The position numbers were made by a program, and so were the translations under genes. From NCBI RefSeq assembly GCF_009914755.1, contig NC_060929.1: 64,000 bases of DNA; one strand, given 5' to 3'. The notes under the pieces are model-generated. The model worked only from the letters and a program-made list of their open reading frames with translations. It ran no database searches and had not been told where the DNA came from. The stretch is from the human T2T-CHM13v2.0 reference genome, Homo sapiens. This document shows positions 53,125 through 64,000 of the stretch, piece by piece. How positions within the stretch are numbered: the stretch's first letter is position 1; each line of letters begins with the position of its first letter.

Positions 53125-55175
53125 TGACCTCAAGTGATCCACCCCCCCGGGCCTCCCAAAGTGCTGGGATTATAGGTGTGAGCTGCCGTGCCTGGCCTGT
53201 TGAGGATTTTTACATCAATGTTTGTAAGGGATGTTGGTTTGCAGTTTTCTTGAAGTGTCTTTGGCTTTGGTATAGGTCATGCTGGCCTCGTAGAATGTGT
53301 TAGGAAGTGTTTCTTCTACTATTTCCTGGGAAAGTTGGAATAGGATTGGTATTAATTCTTCTGTAAATGTTTGGTAGTATTCAGTGGCAAAGCCATCAGG
53401 CCTAGAACTTTTCTTTGTTGGGAGATTTTCTATTGCTGTTTCAATTTTCTTACTATAGGTCTGTTCAGATTTTCTATTTCTTCATGGTTTAGTCTTGGTT
53501 GATTTTGTGTTTCTAGGAATTTGTCCATTTCATCTGTGTTATCCAATTTGTGGCTGTACAATTACTTATGTTGCTTTTGTATAATCCTTTTTATTTCTGT
53601 AAAATTGGTACTAATGGCCTCACTTTCATTTCTGATTTTAGTAATTTAATTCTTCTCCCTTTTTTCCTTAGCCCATCCAGCTAAAGTGTGTGATTTTGTT
53701 GATAATTTTGAAGAACTAATTTTTGGTTTTGTTGATGTTCTCTGTGATTTTTCTATTCTCTATTTTATTTATCTCATCTTTAATCTTCTGCTAGCTTTGA
53801 TTTTAGTTTGTCCTTTTCCTGCTTATTTAAATTATCACGTTAAGTTGTTGATTTGAGGTTTAAAAAATCTAAATGTTTATAGCTATAAACTTTCCCTCTT
53901 AGCATTGTTTTTGCTCCATCCATAAGTTTTGGTATGTTGTGTTTTGTTTTCCTTTGTGTCTAAGTATTTCCTAACTTCCCTTGCAATTTCTTCTTTGATC
54001 CATTCATCGTTTAAAAGTGTGTAATTTCCAAAAATTTGTGAATTTTCCAGTTTTCCTTCTGTTATTGATTACTAACTACATCCTGTTCTGGTTGGAGAAG
54101 ATATTTTGTATGATATCTTTTAAAATATTTTGAGACTTAATTTGTATCCTAACATATGTTGTATCCTGGAAAATGTCCCATGTACCCCTGAGAAGAATGT
54201 ATATTCTGCTGTGATTGGGTAGATTGCTCTGTATATGCCTGTTAGATCTACTTGGTTTGCTGTGTTTTAAAGTTCTCTATTTCCTTATTTATCTTCTGTC
54301 TGGTTGATCTGTTTATTAATGTGAGTAGGGTATTGAATTCTGCAAGTATTATTGTAAACTGTCCACTTCTCCCTTCAGTTCTGCCGACGTTTGCTTCTTC
54401 ATATATTTTGGGACTCAGTTATTAGGTATATATATTTGTAACTGTTATATATTCCTGATGTACTTACTCTTTTTTTTTTTTTTTTTTTTTTTTTGAGACA
54501 GGGTCTGATTCTGTCACCCAGACTGGAGAGCAGTGATGCACTCATGGCTCATTGCAGCCTCGACCTCCCAGGTGCAAGTGATCCTTCGTCCTCAGCACCC
54601 CCCAGTAGCTGGGACTACAGGTGTGCACCACGATCTCCAGCTAATTTTTTTTTTTTTTGTATTTTTTGTAGAGACACGGTTTCGCCATGTTGCCCAAGAT
54701 GGTCTTGAACTCCTGGGCTCAAGTGATTCTCCTGCTTTGGTCTCCCAAATTGTTGAAATTGCAGGCATGAGCTACCATGCCCAGTCACATTTATTGTTAT
54801 TATTATTATTATTATTCTAATCAACATCTAATGTCCTTTGTTGTCTCTTCTAACAATTTTTGGCTCAAAGTTTATTTTGTTTGATATCACTATAGCCACA
54901 CGGGCAATCTTTTGGTTACTGTTTCTGTGGAATATCCTGTTCCATCTTTTCACTTTCAAATTTGTATCTTTGGATCTAAAATGAGTGTCTTGTAGACAGC
55001 ATATAATTGGATCATGTTTTTACCCTTTCAATCTCTTGATTGTAGCATTTAATCTATTTACACTTAATTACTGATAAAGAGGGACTTACTTCTGTCATTT
55101 AAAAATTTTGTTTACCAGGAGCAGTGGCTCACACCTGTAATCCCAGCACTTTGGGAGGCTGAGGCAAGTGGATCA

Positions 55176-55549
<374 letters not shown>

Positions 55550-55927
55550 TCAGTCATTGTGCATTTCAGTTCCAGAATTCTGGGGGGCTCTTTTTAGGTT
55601 TTCTATTTCCTTATTGACATTTCCATTTTGTTCTTTTTCTTTTTTTGAGACAGAGTCTCGCTCTGTCACCCAGGCTGGAGTGCAGTGGCGCAATCTCGAC
55701 TCACTGAAAGCTCCGCCTACCAGGTTCACGCCATTCTCCTGCCTCAGCCTCCTGAGTAGCTGGGACTACAGGTGCCCGCCACCACGGCCAGCTAATTTTT
55801 TGTATTTTTTTGGTAGAGACGGGATCTTCTGACCTCGTGATCCACCCGCGTTGGCCTCCCAAGGTGCTAGGATTACAAGTGTGAGCCACCGCGCCTGGGC
55901 CTCCATTTAGTTCTTACATCTTCTTGA

Positions 55928-56481
<554 letters not shown>

Positions 56482-57225
56482 TAGTAGAGACGGGGTTTCA
56501 CCATCTTGGCCAGGCTGATCTTGAACTCATGACCTCATGATCCACCTGCCTTGGCCTCCCAAAGTGCTGGGATTACAGGCATGAGCCACCATGCCTGGCC
56601 TCTTTGAACATATTTTAGACAGTTGGTATGAAGTCTTTGTGTAGTGGATCCTCTCCCAGCTCTTTTGCAGGGATGGTTCCTGTTGGTCTATTTTTTATTT
56701 TGAATGGGCCATACTTTACTGTTTCTTTGTATACTCTTGTTGGTTTTGTTTTTTTTTTTTTGGTCAAAAACTGGACATTTGAATCTAACACTTTAGTGAC
56801 TCTGAAAATCAGAATTTCCCCTTTCTCCAGGGTTTGCTGTTTTTTGCTTTTGTATTTGTTTGTGTTTTGCTTTTTTGTTTTTTTGGAATTGTTGTAGACT
56901 GTCTTGGAGCTAAGGACCAGCTTGAGGTGTAACCTTAAGGTCTTCTCAGGCCTTTTCTGAAACTACGCCTTCCCCTGGGCATGCTTGGTAGCTTTCTAAT
57001 TTCCCCTGTATATGCAGTTGCTTTTGAATGTCCTACTTTTTATTGTCTGGCTCCAAGAAGGGGAAATAGAGAGAAATTAAGGGGGAAAAAGTCACCAGTC
57101 CTTTAAGTCCCCTGGAAGTCACTTTACCAGCAAGGGAGGGGCTTGTAACAATGGGAGAAGGTGGCCGGGCGCGGTGGCTCAGGCCTGTAATCCCAGCACT
57201 TTGGGAGGCCGAGGCCAGCGGATCA

Positions 57226-57538
<313 letters not shown>

Positions 57539-57879
57539 TCAGAACAGAGACTCAATATCTGGAGGACAGGGTCTCTCATACCTACCCTGGCTCCTGTCAT
57601 CGATCTGTAAGCTGCTCCAGGAACGTGCACAGTTGCCTGCTGTGGGGATGAGAGGTGGGGAACAGGCAGCTGCAACTATGCTAAGAGCTCACTGACCAAA
57701 ATTAACCACAATGTACCATCCGAGTCTTCCTGGAAGTTGCAGGCCTTCAATGGACTTCAGAGTTCCAAAATAGCTACAACAGACAGATTCTGTGAGTATT
57801 ATTGTCTAGGTGAGGAGAGAGATTTCTCAGGCTTCCTGCTCCTCCATCTTCCCAGAATTCTCTACTTGGTCATTTTATT

Positions 57880-59470
<1,591 letters not shown>

Positions 59471-59878
59471 TTGCCAAGAAATTGACAGCACAGTTTACGC
59501 AGGTTAAATAGTTAAGAACTACATAAACACTACAATCAATGCGGCATTTTACCCTGTACAAGACCTCAAGGCTGCTTGTTAAAGTGGTTTTGGAAGGGCT
59601 GTAGCTTATGGTTTACCGTGAGGTGGTGGAAGGGAGGTTGTCTGAAACTGGGTGGGGTGGAAGTTTGTCCGGCCAAATGTGCACGGCTGTGGCTCGTCAC
59701 ACACCCAGCTGGAAGTGTGCGCGTGTGCTTTCTGCGCACTTCTACGTTGCTTGAGCAGCTGGACTGGGCATAATGTTCTGCATGCACTTGGTGTGTTTTG
59801 CAAATGAAATCGTGTATGAACAAATGCAAAAGTCACATTATGCTCAAATTCCCTCCAATATGTCAGTGCATTGAATAA

Positions 59879-61059
<1,181 letters not shown>

Positions 61060-62874
61060 GGAATTGAAGTCAATTTCTCCTCCCTTTGAAAAAGAAACGG
61101 CCTCTTAGCCATGTTAATTTAATTCAGCAAAAGTGACGATGTGAAGACCTTGTCCCTTTACAATCTTACGACATTGCCACTGCCATATGTAGCATGCCCA
61201 GGTTAGCCTGCTGGAGGGTGGGAAAGAGAAGGGGGATCACAAAGGATGAATGACTCAACTGTGAATTTCAGATTAAATGTTCTGAAATGCAGAGCAGAGC
61301 AAACATCCTGAAAACTGGAAGACTTTTGATTTGCAAGTGCTTGGTGGTAGACAAAGAAATACTTTTGCTTTGAACTCCGAAAAAGTCAAGCTTGGAGGAC
61401 TCAGACCACAGAGTTTACAAAATGAAGGCATGAAGTGGGAAAGGAAGCAGCTATGGCATAAGAGCCATTTCCCCTGGGAAAGTTGTGCGTGCCATAGGGA
61501 CACAGGAAGAAGAGAACGAGACAGGACCCTAGCAGCAGGCAGATGAGGCCTGGGTCGTCTGAGGGACTCTGTGTCCCCAGTACTTGGGCCTTGGCCCAGG
61601 AAGACACTAGGCGTGTGACAGCGGGCGGAGGACATCTCAGGCTGTGGAGGCAGTGCTTTGTGTGTTTGAGGCTTATCACGTGAGCACTGCACAGAACCCC
61701 ACACCCAGCACACGGCTGGAGCACCTGCCCCATGGACAGCAGACATTTGAGGGCCAAGGGAAATGGCCACAGCGATAGGCCCAAGGAGGCCTCCCAGAGA
61801 AAGCCCTGCTCAGTGCAGGCCGGGCAGGCTGGAAAGGGGTCTCTGGGCCAGTCCCCACAGCACACACCTGGCAGAACGTCAGACCGGCCACACTGGAATG
61901 GCCAAAGACAGAGGAGACCCCAATCCTTCCTGGTGCTGGAGAGTGAACTTCGGGGAGCCTGTGCAACGTCCAGACTGGGATCACTCAGAGAGGCAGGGAG
62001 ACAATGAGGGTGGGGGGAACCTTGACACTCCAGCCGTTGACCCAAGGGAGCCCGTGCTATCCTGGGAGGCGCTGCGATCTAATCTAGAAACAGCTGAACA
62101 AACTGTAGGCAGAAGTTTGTTTGTTGACACTATCTGTGGAAATGAGGGATAGTGTTGACAGCAATTTCATTCATTGATGGACAAAGAACTTCTGTGCCTC
62201 TGAGTTGTAGTGTGTAAATGTCAAAACCTCCACATTGATGTGAGAGAGGAAAAAGCCCCAGGAGGGCTTTGGTCACATAATAGACTACGCAGAGCGGACT
62301 CTCAGATGGCCGTGGAGCAAATTTGGTTGGTTTTTGGGTACTGAGGTGGGGAGATGGCCACGAGCTATCGTTGGGTGAAAAAGGCAAGTGACAGAACTAG
62401 AGGGGCAGTGTAATCCCTTCCAGTGAGAAAGAAGAGAGAAAGCAGAAAGGAAGGGAGGAAGGGAGGCAGGCAGGCTACAAGGAATGAATCTGGGGGCCTG
62501 CCAGTTGAGCCATCTGCCCTGTGGTCAGGGCAGCTGCTGGCCCGGGCTCAGGGTGCCCCTCTGAATGAAGGAAGAGGAAGACTCAGACAGCACCCCACGG
62601 CCCAACCTCATTCCATCCCCACAACTCAGGGCACGCCTGTGACTGACTTCCTTCCTCCTGAAATTGGCCCCCCTGGGGATAGGAGCCCATCCTCAACCAT
62701 CCAGGGCTCTGTGGGAAACAAGGTTTGAGTCCTTCTTCCTGGCTCTGGGGACAGAGTCAGATACCATGCGCCAAAGGTTCAAGATGGTTCCATTTTATTT
62801 GAAGCAATGTGTTTCTGAAGAACCTACACAATTCTATATGTACATTTATCAAAACTAACCTTTCACTTAGGGGG

Positions 62875-63162
62875 GTGTGTGTGTGCGTGTATGTGTGTGT
62901 GTATGTGTATTGTATGTGTGTGTATGTGTGTGTCTATGTGTATGTGTGTGTATGTGTGTATGTGTCTATGTGTATGTGTGTGTATGTGTATGTGTGTGTA
63001 TGTGTATGTGTGTATGTGTATGTGTGTATGTGTATGTGTGTATGTGTGTGTATGTGTGTATGTGTATGTGTGTATGTGTATGTGTGTGTGTGTATGTATG
63101 TGTGTGTGTATGTATATGTGTGTATGTGTATGTGTGTGTGTATGTGTGTGTGTGTGTGTGTG
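62875..63162. repeat. Compound (TG)n/(TATG)n microsatellite
   Basis: Direct inspection. Confidence 0.95.
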
Positions 63163-63474
63163 TCATACCTTTCCACTTGAAGACCGTCTTTCATTTTCTC
63201 CACGACCTTGTGTCTTCTACCTCACAGATTCTCAGACATTGACTTGTTTGAGTTTCTCAGCTCTGGCACTGGCGCTGCTACTTAAAGCATGCCCATCTCT
63301 CACTGTGATAAGCGCCAAAAAGCAGTGTGCCCACGGAAAGCACTTGCAGAAGTGAGGTGCTGGGACACAGCTGCCAGGATTGAAGATACTGAGGAAGGAA
63401 CGGTGCCAACAATTTGCTGACTGCTTCCATGGCGACACCGTGTGGCCATGTTGTGCCATGTGTCCACACGTCTG

Positions 63475-63750
63475 AGACCTGTCATCTTTAAGATCACTCC
63501 TAGTAATTTAAAAAAAAAATTTGAAGTGAGACACATTATCTTCAAAAATTGTGCACAAAGTGAGGCCTTATGAGCGGTTTTTAGCATGCAATTTTAAATT
63601 CACGTGTCTATACGCCTAAGACCTGTCATCTTTAAGATCACTCCTCCAAATAATTTTTTTAAAAAAATTTGAAGTGAGACATATTATCTTCAAAAATTGT
63701 GCACAAAGTGAGGCCTTATGAGCGGCTTTAGCATGCAATTTTAAATTCAC
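63475..63750. repeat. Tandem duplication, 144-bp offset
   Basis: AGACCTGTCATCTTTAAGATCACTCCT...AAATTCAC starts at 63475 and 63619. Confidence 0.9.
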
Positions 63751-64000
63751 ATAATTTACACATATAGAAAATAAGAGCACACCAGGAGAAATTAGAGCGT
63801 AGTTACAGGAAAAGCCGTGCCGACCTCGGTGTGGCTAGAGGGCCAGTCTTCTTCTTTCCCACCTGTGGTGGGATGCTTGTACCAGAGAAGAGAACCTCTC
63901 TTCAGAGCAGGTGGCAGCTCCAGTCATGGTGGTTGTGCTGGACGGATGCTGACTGCGAGCCAGCCTCTCTGTGGAGTGCTGCGTGCATGTACTTATTTAC

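Noticed and set aside
62809-63355. Cys/Val- and Thr/His-rich ORFs
   Set aside because: Translations of the (TG)/(TATG) microsatellite.

Overview
Human/primate genomic DNA containing almost the whole FLT4 (VEGFR3) receptor tyrosine kinase gene on the minus strand. I placed 29 coding exons by reading GT-AG boundaries, from the ATG at 42235 down to exon 29 ending at 868. They join in frame to 3893 nt. An endogenous-retroviral LTR at 1-465 supplies the terminal exon of the short (1298 aa) isoform; the long-isoform last exon lies outside the window. The promoter is a CpG island with GC boxes near 42.3 kb. Upstream sequence (43-64 kb) is mostly Alu, L1 and LTR remnants, with an orphan CpG island and an 8-bp repeat near 51-52 kb. 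The introns hold many tandem repeats. The most interesting unexplained structure is (i) a ~37-unit VNTR in intron 23 with an ETS site in each unit, (ii) a 2.3-kb intron-1 repeat that transcribes into a near-continuous YCAY (NOVA-type) array, (iii) a 34-bp VNTR that forms the exon 24 splice acceptor, and (iv) inverted Alus bracketing frame-preserving exon blocks. These are hypotheses. I see no new protein-coding system; the long ORFs in the track are repeat artefacts.
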